Shown: one piece after another, positions 8,851 to 18,449 of the stretch
Numbering within the stretch: position 1 is the first letter of the stretch
Layout: the number at the start of each line of letters is the position of its first letter
IMG/VR virus record: IMGVR_UViG_3300040959_000769
Location: 64,001 to 128,000 of that record
Length of the DNA: 64,000 nt
Source of the DNA: a virus
Direction: 5' to 3' (one strand)
Made by a program: the position numbers and the translations under genes
Notes under the pieces: model-generated
What the model was told of the DNA's origin: nothing
The model's input: only the letters and a program-made list of their open reading frames with translations
Databases searched by the model: none

Positions 8851-11067
8851 TCAGGAGTCAAAATTCAACTTGCAACGGCAGTTGATCGTCAAATGAGGCG
8901 GAGCCAAAGGATCTCCAGGGAAACGAAGAACCGTATCCCCGGCAGCAAACCCATCAGCGATGCCAACGGTCTTGTTATCTAGCAGCGAGTGCGCCTGCCG
9001 AACTCGAGCATCCTTACGGGTCTTCCACGTCTTTGTAGGAGCACCAATCATTCTGCTACCGAAATAAGTACCGGCATTCATAGCCGTCTGAGTCTCATGC
9101 TCCGCAGCAATACGCTTTCTTTTACCAAGCAAGTTGGCGAAGATTGCAGTAATAGCCGCACGCAACAAACTTGACCGATCCTCATCAGAATCAGCGGTCA
9201 AAGCCATCGCCACAATGAGAGCCGCTGCAACCTCTTCACGGGTTGACTCGTTCACCTTCTGGGAGCGAGCGACCTGATTGTCAAGGTATTCCTTAACCTC
9301 ATCAGCATCAGGCGTAGCGTCCATGCCTGACTCCTCAGAGATCAACCCCACAGACTCCTCTAGCACCGCACGGAAAAGCGGCTCAAGATCATCTTTCAAC
9401 TGGCGATCCCAAACATCAAGATCAAAAATCTGATCCACAGTCAAAGACCCATCAGCCATAGCACGACGTGCCTTCACTCCCATGGCTTTCTCAATCACCA
9501 CACGTTGCTGACGCTCAAATAGACGCTCAAACGCCCGATCAATAATGTCCGTCCAACGCTCAGTTGCCTTATCCGACTTTGAATCCCAATCGGAAAGCGC
9601 TTGGGTGTTCATTTTCGTGGCGTACGATCCATGTCCAGAAGCAGAAAGTTGTCCCTCCGGAACGGGCTCAACGGCAGCGACTACGCCCTCTTCGGGTGCG
9701 GCGGGTTGTTGCTCGCCAGGGGCACCAGCAGGAGCGCTCTCCGCTGGAGCACCCTGCTCAGGAGCTGCACCTTCAGGTCCAGCAGGAACAGCGCCACCAG
9801 CAGCAACAGGTTGCTGTTCCTCCACAGCAAAAGGCTTCTCGGTGTTAGCAATCGGAACCAAGTTCGGATTCGACAACAACTGATCGGCAATCTCGGACTC
9901 AACCTTATTGCGACCAGTCTGCTCACGGAACTCGTTGACGCTAATCAGACCTTGCTGGAACTCATCCATCAAATAACGCTGACGTTCCTGCTTGGAGATA
10001 ATCAGGATTGGAACCGTTGACGTATCAAAGTCCAAGTAGTACTGCGGATCAAGCTCATCCAAACCTCGAGCAATTGGCTCTAAGTGGGGAAGCATTGTCT
10101 CCATCCAGAAGACACGCAGTTCTTCAGCGGCATTTGAGAAAGTTCGCCCAGCAGCATTGCCAATCACTGACTCGGGGACACCGAAAGAGGCAAGGATTTC
10201 CTCTTTGGTCAACTGACGCATCTGAGCGTAAGCAGCATCACGAGGGTTGCTTCCGGTATCTACGAAATCAACACCGTCATCGGCAGCAATGACACTAACA
10301 GCGCCTGCTTTGTTTAGATTTCCACGGAAACGACTACGGAGTTCGTCTTTGTCGTCGTCGTCAATCTCTCCTCGAACGACGAGCAATCCACCTGGGCGAC
10401 CATCATTTAGAAGGAAATTGCGGTTGTAGACCCGAGCAAGGTTCTCAATTTCAATTGCAATACCAGCAGACTCCATCGGGGTCATTGACAAGTAAGGATC
10501 CAGAGGGTGGGGGCGTCGCAACCAGATCACGTCTTCTGGCTTCAGCCGAACAGTTTTCCCTTGGGAAAGAGAAACCTCAAAACCTGAAACAAACGTCTTT
10601 GGGTCTGGGATTGGAGCCGTGCTTTGTGGTGGAAGCAGTTGAAGGGCGATGATTCGTCCGTCCCTGCCGCGAACTTTCTCAATGAAAACACCACGGCTCG
10701 ACATCAAAAGTTGGCTGGATAGACGATACCTAAACACAAAAGAGTTTTCCGCAGGGTTGCTCTTTGTATTCAGAATGTCAAGAATGCTGTTGTCCTTGTC
10801 AATAACTTGACCAACAGGACTGTTGTTGTCGCGGAGAATCATCGGGAGGCGCGCTTGGTTGCCCGAAATGGCGTCAATGCAACGGGAAACCCAAACAACA
10901 CGCTGCATTCCTTCTCGGTATGCACGCTCAATATCCCATGAATCACGATATGGCTTACCGGCAACTGCCGTGTTGTAGGCGACTGGAGCCCCCGGACTCA
11001 GGGATGCGGCTTTCATATCAGGAGAACCTGATGCCAAATCCTTGGTCTGTCTAGAATTCCATGCCAT
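8851..11067 (-). CDS. Portal protein (HK97 family) fused to a C-terminal MuF-like head morphogenesis domain
   Basis: HPLDPYLSMTPM, FLLNDGRPGGLL, LTKEEILASFGVPES portal motifs; C-terminal KTWKTRKDARVRQAH...FPGDP....TINCRC MuF motif. Confidence 0.92.
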   Translation of the reverse strand: MAWNSRQTKDLASGSPDMKAASLSPGAPVAYNTAVAGKPYRDSWDIERAYREGMQRVVWVSRCIDAISGNQARLPMILRDNNSPVGQVIDKDNSILDILNTKSNPAENSFVFRYRLSSQLLMSSRGVFIEKVRGRDGRIIALQLLPPQSTAPIPDPKTFVSGFEVSLSQGKTVRLKPEDVIWLRRPHPLDPYLSMTPMESAGIAIEIENLARVYNRNFLLNDGRPGGLLVVRGEIDDDDKDELRSRFRGNLNKAGAVSVIAADDGVDFVDTGSNPRDAAYAQMRQLTKEEILASFGVPESVIGNAAGRTFSNAAEELRVFWMETMLPHLEPIARGLDELDPQYYLDFDTSTVPILIISKQERQRYLMDEFQQGLISVNEFREQTGRNKVESEIADQLLSNPNLVPIANTEKPFAVEEQQPVAAGGAVPAGPEGAAPEQGAPAESAPAGAPGEQQPAAPEEGVVAAVEPVPEGQLSASGHGSYATKMNTQALSDWDSKSDKATERWTDIIDRAFERLFERQQRVVIEKAMGVKARRAMADGSLTVDQIFDLDVWDRQLKDDLEPLFRAVLEESVGLISEESGMDATPDADEVKEYLDNQVARSQKVNESTREEVAAALIVAMALTADSDEDRSSLLRAAITAIFANLLGKRKRIAAEHETQTAMNAGTYFGSRMIGAPTKTWKTRKDARVRQAHSLLDNKTVGIADGFAAGDTVLRFPGDPLAPPHLTINCRCKLNFDS

Positions 11068-11069
11068 CT

Positions 11070-11249
11070 TTAATCAGACCCCAGTAGGTAGCCGAAAACA
11101 CCACAGGCGACACCTGCGGTTATAAAACCAGCAGCAGGCAACAACAAAGCAGCACCTACCGATGTCAATAGTATAAATGACAGCATCATGATATTGGCGG
11201 TTGCTGCACGTAAATCTCGTGATTTCAGCCAGCTGAACAGTTTCTTCAC
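11070..11249 (-). CDS. Small membrane protein (59 aa, two hydrophobic helices) upstream of portal
   Basis: Manual translation from GTG with GAGG RBS: VKKLFSWLKSRDLRAATANIMMLSFILLTSVGAALLLPAAGFITAGVACGVFGYLLGSD. Confidence 0.7.
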   Translation of the reverse strand: MKKLFSWLKSRDLRAATANIMMLSFILLTSVGAALLLPAAGFITAGVACGVFGYLLGSD

Positions 11250-11306
11250 ATTGACCTCTATTCCAACAACCTATACTACTTCATAGATCAAGTAGTGGAG
11301 CACCGC

Positions 11307-12611
11307 ATGAGTGACTGGAAAAAAGTCTTAGAATACTTAGAACCAAAAATGTCGGAGTTCTGCCCAGAAGACGCCTCTGTCACTCAAAAAGTTTTCCTTC
11401 GAACCTACGCCCTTGAAGCACTTTTCGGCGGAGCCGCAGGTGGTGGCAAGTCATCCGCCCTTCTGATGGCAGCACTTCAGTACGTTGACGTACCCAACTA
11501 CTCTGCGATCCTGTTCAGGCGCACCTACGCCGACCTGGCTCTCCCCGGAGCAATCATGGACCGTTTTGTATCGTGGATGGCCCCCTACTCTGACGTTCGC
11601 TGGAACAGCAACAACTACACCGCTGTTTTCCCATCTGGTGCTCGCATATCTTTTGGATACCTCAACAACAGCCAAGACTACTTGCGCTACAAAGGTGCCG
11701 AGTTCCAATTCATCGGGATGGACGAGGTTACCGAAATCAGAGAGTCCGATTACCGCTACCTATTCTCTCGTCTCCGTCGCCCAGCGTCTGGTCCACTGTC
11801 TCAGGTTCCTCTCCGCATGCGAGCCGCATCAAACCCAGCCCCCAACTGGGTTAGGCAACGATTCATTGTTGAGGGAAGAGAACACGGTCGCATTTTTGTG
11901 CCGTCCAAGTTGACCGACAACCCAGGCATCGACGCCAGTTCATACCGTCAGTCGCTACAAGCACTGGATCCAGTTGAACGCCGCCGTCTTGAAGAAGGTG
12001 ACTGGTGGACAACCAGTCTCGGAAGTCTCTTTGAAAGAGAATCATTCATCATCATTGACCCGCTAGATGTACCTGAAGTCACCAACGCTGCCCGAGTCGT
12101 ACGTTTCTGGGACTTAGCAGCCACGGAGCCATCTCAATCAAACCCTGACCCTGACTGGACAGTCGGAACACTAATGCTTTTTGACCAAGGCGTTGCATAC
12201 ATCTTGGATGTCAAAAAGGCGCGAGTTAACGGTCACCAAGTGGAGCACCTCATCTCTCAAACAGCCTACGAAGACGGACATGCGGTTGCCATCAGGATGG
12301 AGCAAGAGCCAGGTTCATCAGGCAAAGCCCTACTTGATCAATATGCCCGCTACGTACTTCCAGGATACGACTTCGCTGGCATCCGATCAACTGGCGACAA
12401 AGTCACACGCTCTCGCCCATTCGCCGCAGCGGTAGCAAATGGGAACGTCAGAGTTGTACGTGGATCATGGCTAACAGAATGGTTGGACGAGTTTGCGTCA
12501 TTCCCAGAGGCAGCAAACCACGACGACCAAGTTGACTCCGCCGTAGGAGCATTCACACACCTCACCGGACTAGGATTGCCTCAACGGAAAAGAGCCGCTA
12601 TCATCATCTGA
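11307..12611 (+). CDS. terL: Terminase large subunit
   Basis: Walker A GGAAGGGKS, Walker B FIGMDE, ASNP coupling motif, RNase-H-like nuclease RFWDLA...HDDQVDS. Start placed at MSDWKK after GGAG. Confidence 0.93.
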   Translation: MSDWKKVLEYLEPKMSEFCPEDASVTQKVFLRTYALEALFGGAAGGGKSSALLMAALQYVDVPNYSAILFRRTYADLALPGAIMDRFVSWMAPYSDVRWNSNNYTAVFPSGARISFGYLNNSQDYLRYKGAEFQFIGMDEVTEIRESDYRYLFSRLRRPASGPLSQVPLRMRAASNPAPNWVRQRFIVEGREHGRIFVPSKLTDNPGIDASSYRQSLQALDPVERRRLEEGDWWTTSLGSLFERESFIIIDPLDVPEVTNAARVVRFWDLAATEPSQSNPDPDWTVGTLMLFDQGVAYILDVKKARVNGHQVEHLISQTAYEDGHAVAIRMEQEPGSSGKALLDQYARYVLPGYDFAGIRSTGDKVTRSRPFAAAVANGNVRVVRGSWLTEWLDEFASFPEAANHDDQVDSAVGAFTHLTGLGLPQRKRAAIII

Positions 12612-12643
12612 CATACATGTCCACCAATTATTAAGGTGATGAG

Positions 12644-13147
12644 TTGACTACTGAAAATATCCCTAACTGGCTACAAGAACACAAACGTCACGTGATGGCT
12701 CTCTACGATCACGTCAAGGAAGTGAACTCCGAAGACTTTGACCTTGCACAGATGTGCGAGATCTTGGTGTCGTTGAGCATTGTCCGATCAGACATGGGCA
12801 TCATCTTTGAAGAGATGTCCAAGAAAACTCAAGCAGCGATGGCCGAACAGGAGATCGTTGACCTTGATAACGGCTACACCGTTGAACGGCGATGGTCGAA
12901 GCCGAGAAAAGCATGGCAACATGACGAACTAGCAAACGTCGTAGCGTCACGCATTAGCAGATCCGCCATTGACCTAGACACTGGCGAAGTAACCATGTCA
13001 AACGAAGACATGATGAAAGAGATGCTCAAATATGTTCAACCTTCCTACTGGAGGGTCGGCGCTTTGTCTTCTCTTGGAATCCTTGCAGATGAATACTGTG
13101 AAACCGGCGAGCCGGTAGAGAAAATCAACATCCGTAATAACAAGTAG
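12644..13147 (+). CDS. Hypothetical protein
   Basis: 167-aa ORF (TTG start) heading the recombination block; -10-like TAAGGT 6 nt upstream. Confidence 0.7.
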   Translation: MTTENIPNWLQEHKRHVMALYDHVKEVNSEDFDLAQMCEILVSLSIVRSDMGIIFEEMSKKTQAAMAEQEIVDLDNGYTVERRWSKPRKAWQHDELANVVASRISRSAIDLDTGEVTMSNEDMMKEMLKYVQPSYWRVGALSSLGILADEYCETGEPVEKINIRNNK

Positions 13148-13158
13148 AAAGCAAGAAA

Positions 13159-13833
13159 ATGACTGATTCCAGTAAGCATATCTACGAGAAACTGTCTGAA
13201 CCTTTTCCCGAGGAAATGGAAAAGACACTCAGCAAGGGCGGAGCACGCCTCACCTACATTCCTGTATCCGAAGTCATCACACGCTTGAATCGCGTGTTGG
13301 GTGTGGAGAACTGGAACAGCACAATTGTTTCCTGCTACCGCGATCAACTAGATCCCGACTACATCGTCGCCCACGTCCGGGTTGATGCCGTCATCGGTGG
13401 CCGAGTCGTGGAGAAGGACGGCATCGGTGGTCAAAAGATCAAGCGAACCAAAAGCGGTGACATCGTAGATCTCGGCGACGAAATGAAAGGTGCCGTATCT
13501 GATGCTTTGAAGAAAGCAGTTCAACAGTTCGGCGTCGGCTTGTATTTGGCTCGCGACATTGACGCCATTGAGCTTGAGTACGCTCAAGATGAAGCAGAAC
13601 AACAGCCCGCCGTCAACCCCAAGTACGAAGAGTTCCTGAAGTATCGCAACGAGTTTGATGACGACCAGGTCAGTCAGATCCGAGAATTCTGGAACGACTA
13701 CAGCGGGGGCAAGCCTGTACCTAAGGCGCATGAGTTCACCGAAGAGCAACTTGACGCTCTTCTCGTTGAGTGCATCCGCATAGCGTTTGATGCAAAAATC
13801 ATCATTCGAGGTGAGGAAGAGTCAGAGGCGTGA
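13159..13833 (+). CDS. Rad52/Rad22-family ssDNA annealing protein
   Basis: LSEPFP..., LTYIPVSEVITRLNRVLGVENW, KGAVSDALKKAVQQFGVGLYL. Confidence 0.88.
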   Translation: MTDSSKHIYEKLSEPFPEEMEKTLSKGGARLTYIPVSEVITRLNRVLGVENWNSTIVSCYRDQLDPDYIVAHVRVDAVIGGRVVEKDGIGGQKIKRTKSGDIVDLGDEMKGAVSDALKKAVQQFGVGLYLARDIDAIELEYAQDEAEQQPAVNPKYEEFLKYRNEFDDDQVSQIREFWNDYSGGKPVPKAHEFTEEQLDALLVECIRIAFDAKIIIRGEEESEA

Positions 13834-14588
13834 CATTCACCCCTCCCCCTCATCTCTCCCCTTCTTCAATAGGTACTTGGAAGCAGTGTCCACTGAAATT
13901 CAAGTATCAAAAGATTGACGGTCTCAGAGAACCTCCGACAGAAGCAACCCTGATGGGAAACTTCGTCCACGAGGTCTTTGAAGAACTGTATGCAACTGAC
14001 CCCGATGACAGGACGCTTGACACAGCGCGCATGCTGTCACGGAAGTTATGGAACGAAAAGTACGAAGAAGAAGTTGCGTTCATCCTCAGTAAGGACAAGC
14101 ACAACACCTTCCGGTGGAATTCTTGGTTTTGCATTGAAAATCTCTGGGGCATTGAAGAACCCACCGAGACGACAGTTGATGAGATCGAACTTGAACTCAA
14201 CGGAAAACTAGGAGGAGTTCAACTTAAAGGTTTCATTGACCGGCTGTGCTTTGACGATGATGGTTCAATCATTATCGGCGACTACAAGACAGGAAAAGTT
14301 CCTGCACCGAAATGGGAAGACGACAAATTCTCACAGTTGTTTATTTATGCTGCGCTTTGCCGTGAGTTAGAAATAGGTGAAGCAAAACGTCTAGACCTTA
14401 TCTATCTGAAAGCACCGAAAGTAATCAGTAGAAAAGTAACAGACGACAAAATTGAAGCAATCACGGCTGATGTCGTGCAAGTAAAGAAAGAAATAGATGA
14501 GTCCTGTAACAACGAACAATTTGAAGCACGAAAAGCGTTCCTATGCAACTGGTGTTACTTCAAGAAGCAGTGCCCTGCGTGGAGGTGA
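13830..14588 (+). CDS. PD-(D/E)XK RecB-family (Cas4-like) exonuclease
   Basis: HLSPSSIGTWKQCP, GNFVHEVFE, GFIDRL...IGDYKTG, QLFIYA, C-terminal CNWC-x4-C. Confidence 0.9.
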   Translation: MTFTPPPHLSPSSIGTWKQCPLKFKYQKIDGLREPPTEATLMGNFVHEVFEELYATDPDDRTLDTARMLSRKLWNEKYEEEVAFILSKDKHNTFRWNSWFCIENLWGIEEPTETTVDEIELELNGKLGGVQLKGFIDRLCFDDDGSIIIGDYKTGKVPAPKWEDDKFSQLFIYAALCRELEIGEAKRLDLIYLKAPKVISRKVTDDKIEAITADVVQVKKEIDESCNNEQFEARKAFLCNWCYFKKQCPAWR

Positions 14589-14589
14589 A

Positions 14590-15099
14590 ATGAAAACCCT
14601 CACTGACGACGCATTCGCTAAGTTTGTTGCTGAAGAGGTCAAGAACCGAGTAAGCGCAGACGTACGGGAAACTCTTTTCCAGCAGGAAAACTGGGATCGC
14701 TGGGAGCGCGCTCTCATTGCCCTAGTCCAGAACCTTGAGAGTCAACTTGAACGCATTCAGGCGGACATTGACTCGGATACCGAAAGGTACTCAGCGATTG
14801 ACGGCGGCGAAGCTTTGCTTAGCGAAGCGCTTGCGTATTACGAGAAGCAAACAAAGAAGATTGAGCGCTTCAAGTTCCACGTCAACTCGCGCCTAACCCA
14901 AGTCAGCAAAATGATCGTGACAGGCGCACGATTTGAAGATGACATGGCAAAGCAAATCATCATGCTAAAAAATGGCATTAAGCGACACCGAGAAATGCTT
15001 GAAGAGCACGACTTGGAAGACACAGCAATTGACCGGGCTCTCTGGGATCTCCTGGATGGCAAATGGACATTCGACTCAATTAAAGAAAGTGACATCTGA
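14590..15099 (+). CDS. Hypothetical coiled-coil protein
   Basis: Start reassigned to MKTLTDD after GGAGG RBS. Confidence 0.75.
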   Translation: MKTLTDDAFAKFVAEEVKNRVSADVRETLFQQENWDRWERALIALVQNLESQLERIQADIDSDTERYSAIDGGEALLSEALAYYEKQTKKIERFKFHVNSRLTQVSKMIVTGARFEDDMAKQIIMLKNGIKRHREMLEEHDLEDTAIDRALWDLLDGKWTFDSIKESDI

Positions 15100-15100
15100 A

Positions 15101-15265
15101 ATGACTGAACCAACTAAGCACAGCCGAACCGGCTACGTACGAGGATGCCGTTGCGAAATCTGCGTTGACGCAAATAACCAGTATCAGAAGGAATACATGC
15201 GTCAGTGGCGTATTCGGAAACGGACACAACGTCGAGCATTAGCCGAGACTCCTGCTACTCAATGA
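15101..15265 (+). CDS. Small zinc-finger protein (H..Y..GCRC..C)
   Basis: MTEPTKHSRTGYVRGCRCEICVDAN; the same motif begins the 17850 gene. Confidence 0.6.
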   Translation: MTEPTKHSRTGYVRGCRCEICVDANNQYQKEYMRQWRIRKRTQRRALAETPATQ

Positions 15266-15624
15266 AAAGGCGCAAACCGCTTCAGCAGAAAACTCCCCTG
15301 AAACGGTCTGGCAAACTGAATCAACGCTCCGCAAAAACAAAAAAAGTTTACGAGGAGCGACGACCTCTAGTACAACGACTGTTGCAAGAGCGTCCGGTTT
15401 GTGAAGCGTGCAGAGTTTTCGCTGTCCACGACGGCAAAGTCACGTACGTCTCAAACGCCAGCGTAGACATACACGAAATAGTACGAAGGAGCCAAGGTGG
15501 TTCGATTCTTGAAGAAGACAATCTTATGGCTGTGTGCCGCCCTTGCCATCGGCGTATTGGGGATTATCCTGCGCTGGCTTTCTCGCTAGGTTTAGCGAAA
15601 CGGAGTTGGGAAAATGAGCAGTAA
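15262..15624 (+). CDS. HNH endonuclease
   Basis: CEAC...DIHEIVRRSQGG....NLMAVCRPCH; start reassigned to MKRRKPL (ATGA overlap). Confidence 0.85.
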   Translation: MKRRKPLQQKTPLKRSGKLNQRSAKTKKVYEERRPLVQRLLQERPVCEACRVFAVHDGKVTYVSNASVDIHEIVRRSQGGSILEEDNLMAVCRPCHRRIGDYPALAFSLGLAKRSWENEQ

Positions 15625-16144
15625 GCCAATTGCTGGTGTTGATCTGTCGTTGACTTCCACGGGTCTGTCCTGCGGAGACGACCGCACAGTAATTAACTCC
15701 AAACTCAAAGAAACGGCAAGATTATTTGAGATACAGTCATATTTCAGAACATGGATAAGCAGCAACGACTTTCCATTTTGTGTGATTGAGGGCTACTCGT
15801 TTGCAAGCAAAAATTCGCAGGCACACAAAATTGGTGAACTGGGCGGAGTTATTCGTTTGCAATTACATATGTTAGGAGTTGGGTATGTCGAAGTACCACC
15901 AACAGTTCGGGCAAAGTTTGCAACAGGGAAAGGTAACGCCAGCAAAAACGAAGTTGTTTCAGCAGTATCGGCAAGAACAGGAATCGTTTGGAGCGGAGCA
16001 GGAGCAGACGACCTTTGCGACGCATTCATCCTTGAGGAGATGGGGCGTACCGTCGTCGGTGATAACCGATACGACTGGCCATCCGAAAACAAGAAAGCCC
16101 TTGACAAAATCAACTGGTCAGAATTGGAGAAATACTATGGCTAG
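15614..16144 (+). CDS. RuvC-like Holliday junction resolvase
   Basis: IAGVDLSLTSTG, VIEGYSF, KFATGKGNASK, DDLCDA acidic catalytic residues. Confidence 0.88.
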   Translation: MSSKPIAGVDLSLTSTGLSCGDDRTVINSKLKETARLFEIQSYFRTWISSNDFPFCVIEGYSFASKNSQAHKIGELGGVIRLQLHMLGVGYVEVPPTVRAKFATGKGNASKNEVVSAVSARTGIVWSGAGADDLCDAFILEEMGRTVVGDNRYDWPSENKKALDKINWSELEKYYG

Positions 16145-16475
16145 AAATGCGCCAATTAGTCAAGTGGAGATTGAGCAGGAAATAATCCGGCTCACATCAA
16201 TGCTTGAAGACGAAACGGAAACCTTTGAAGCTCTTGCAGTTGACGCAGCGGAAAAAGAAGCCAATTATAAAAACCTATGGGCAAGAGAGTACCTGTCGGC
16301 TAAAGGTTCAATCAAAGAACGCGAAGCCTGGTCTGACTACAAGTTGGAAGCAGAAATACATCAGCACAAGATCGCAGAAGCCCTAGTGAAGGCTAAACGT
16401 GAACGGCTGTCCTCTTTGCGAACCTCGATTGACGCTTTGCGTACACTGGCAGCAAATGTGAGGGCGCAAACCTGA
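16137..16475 (+). CDS. Helical hypothetical protein (possible recombination mediator)
   Basis: Start reassigned to MARNAP after GGAG; coiled-coil character. Function is inferred from context only. Confidence 0.6.
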   Translation: MARNAPISQVEIEQEIIRLTSMLEDETETFEALAVDAAEKEANYKNLWAREYLSAKGSIKEREAWSDYKLEAEIHQHKIAEALVKAKRERLSSLRTSIDALRTLAANVRAQT

Positions 16476-16565
16476 CAATGATTCAGGTCAAAGAAGTTAA
16501 CCTCATCAACCTCAACGCCTACTGGAGCGTCTACCACGCCCGCCCTACTCTTGAAATTGACTGAC

Positions 16566-17066
16566 ATGAACCATGATATTGTCACTGACGTGAACCGTCG
16601 TGAGATCAAATGGCTTCAAGTATTGCCTGAGATTGCGGCGACGTTCTCGACTTGCGCTAAAAGGCAATATGGTGCGGTGATCCTGAACGAAGAAGGCAGG
16701 GTTCTTGGATTCGGTTACAACGGTTCCCCACCCGGAATGAAGCATTGCAATGAAGGGCACTGCCCCCGACTTCATGAACAGTCACCGAATGGAGCGGTCT
16801 ACGACAACTGCATTGCTCAACATGCGGAAGCGAACGCATTACTGTGGAGTGACCCTGCTCAAAGAAAAGACGCGACACTGATCGTGAATGGTCCCCCCTG
16901 TTTCGGATGCGCAAAGCAAATTGCGTCAAGTGGGATAAAAAGGGTGGTCTGCTTTTCGGACGACAGTTATGAGGACTGGTTTACCGTTAGGCAATTTTTA
17001 CTTTCCGCAGGCATAAAAGTAATTGAAGTAAATAAAGAAGTGGTATTGAACAATGGAAAAAATTGA
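16566..17066 (+). CDS. dCMP deaminase family protein
   Basis: STCAKRQYGAVI, GYNG, HAEANAL and PCFGCAK zinc motifs; exact start uncertain. Confidence 0.9.
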   Translation: MNHDIVTDVNRREIKWLQVLPEIAATFSTCAKRQYGAVILNEEGRVLGFGYNGSPPGMKHCNEGHCPRLHEQSPNGAVYDNCIAQHAEANALLWSDPAQRKDATLIVNGPPCFGCAKQIASSGIKRVVCFSDDSYEDWFTVRQFLLSAGIKVIEVNKEVVLNNGKN

Positions 17067-17847
17067 CAAGTCTCTAAAAAACCTTTTGGTCAACCTTGAT
17101 GACCTGGTTCCACTTGATGGCAATCCACGTAAAGGCAACGTAGACGCCATCATGGCTTCCTACGAACAGTTCGGACAGGTCAAGCCCGTTGTCGTTCGTC
17201 CCAATGACGACTCCACATACACCGTCATTGCTGGAAACCATCAAGTCGAAGCAGCACGACGCTTAGGATGGAGCAAAATCGCAGCAGTACAAATGAAAGT
17301 TGATGAATCAACTGCTGTCGCATTCGCTCTTGCCGACAACCGCACCACAGAGATGGGTCATACGGATCCTGAACTTCTGAACGAACTGTTGAGCGAAGTT
17401 GTTTCTGATTTCTCCGACTTGTGGGACGGTTTGGGTTGGGACGAATTTGAACTAGCGGCTCTTGACGAACAGGCGGCACGTCTGACAGCAATTTCTGAAG
17501 AGGAATCTGGCTACATCGCTCCTGTCATCATTAATCCCGAACTTGAGGAACCAGAACGCGACAAGCAAGCAAACCTCACCCCAACTGTTGACAATAGTTC
17601 TGGGGAGAGTAGACTTGTCCCATCTGGGGAAGTTGACCAGAAAGAAGCAGTAGTAAGCGGCAGCACTGCAATTGGGCAATCAGGCTCAAGCAAAGCAGTC
17701 GTTCAATACACGCTTGTTTTTGATGACCCAGATCAACAAAGAAAATGGTACTCGTTTATTAGATGGCTGAGGATGGATCCAGGTTATGACGGATCCACAA
17801 CGGCTGAAAGGCTCATGAGCTTCATTGATGCTCACTCAAACTTTTAA
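17053..17847 (+). CDS. ParB/sulfiredoxin-like domain protein
   Basis: NPRKGNVDAIMASYEQFGQVKPVVV...VIAGNHQVEAARRLGW; LADNR. Confidence 0.85.
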   Translation: MEKIDKSLKNLLVNLDDLVPLDGNPRKGNVDAIMASYEQFGQVKPVVVRPNDDSTYTVIAGNHQVEAARRLGWSKIAAVQMKVDESTAVAFALADNRTTEMGHTDPELLNELLSEVVSDFSDLWDGLGWDEFELAALDEQAARLTAISEEESGYIAPVIINPELEEPERDKQANLTPTVDNSSGESRLVPSGEVDQKEAVVSGSTAIGQSGSSKAVVQYTLVFDDPDQQRKWYSFIRWLRMDPGYDGSTTAERLMSFIDAHSNF

Positions 17848-17849
17848 CT

Positions 17850-18449
17850 ATGGCTAACACAAGACCCAAATCACCACATGGAACTCACAGCAGATACTCA
17901 GGTGGTTGTAGATGCGACGAATGTAGAGAAGGTCACCGGATCTACATTCGTGAACGTAAGCGGAAAATCAGCAGAGCGAAGCAAGGAACCGGACCTCCCG
18001 TAGAACCTCGTTTAATTTCAGCGGAAGGTTCCCGTAGACACATCAACTACCTGAGAGAACATGGAATTGGGTATCGAGCAATTGAACAAAAGATGGGTTT
18101 CTCTCGGGCGAACCTATCGAAGATCGCAAACGGACAACAGAAAAAAGTTCTCCCCAGCACGGAGCAAAAACTTCTAGCGATCACAGCCGACTCGTACTCC
18201 AAGGATCACACTGTTCCTTCTGACTACGCCAAAGAAGTTGCCCAGGAAATATTTGACGCCGGTTACACACTCAGGCAGATAAACGAAATTCTCGGCAACA
18301 AAATGCCACACCAAAAACTGGTAAACGGAAAACGAATCCGCCTCAAGCAAGAACGTAAGATTGAGGCGCTCCACTTCTATTTGCTCCGTAGGCCAATCAA
18401 AGCAGAGAAGCCGAAGGGTTCACGCAGGAAGGGATACTACGCAATATGA
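17850..18449 (+). CDS. Zinc-finger plus HTH DNA-binding protein
   Basis: HGTHSRYSGGCRCDEC followed by GIGYRAIEQKMGFSRANLSKIANG (HTH-like). Confidence 0.7.
   Translation: MANTRPKSPHGTHSRYSGGCRCDECREGHRIYIRERKRKISRAKQGTGPPVEPRLISAEGSRRHINYLREHGIGYRAIEQKMGFSRANLSKIANGQQKKVLPSTEQKLLAITADSYSKDHTVPSDYAKEVAQEIFDAGYTLRQINEILGNKMPHQKLVNGKRIRLKQERKIEALHFYLLRRPIKAEKPKGSRRKGYYAI

Noticed and set aside
13830-14588. Cas4 as part of a CRISPR-Cas system
   Set aside because: No array or other cas genes; the Rad52/HNH/RuvC context indicates a phage recombination exonuclease.
16478-16564. 28-codon ORF (MIQVKEV...) before dCMP deaminase
   Set aside because: Too short, with no RBS or recognisable motif; cannot be supported.
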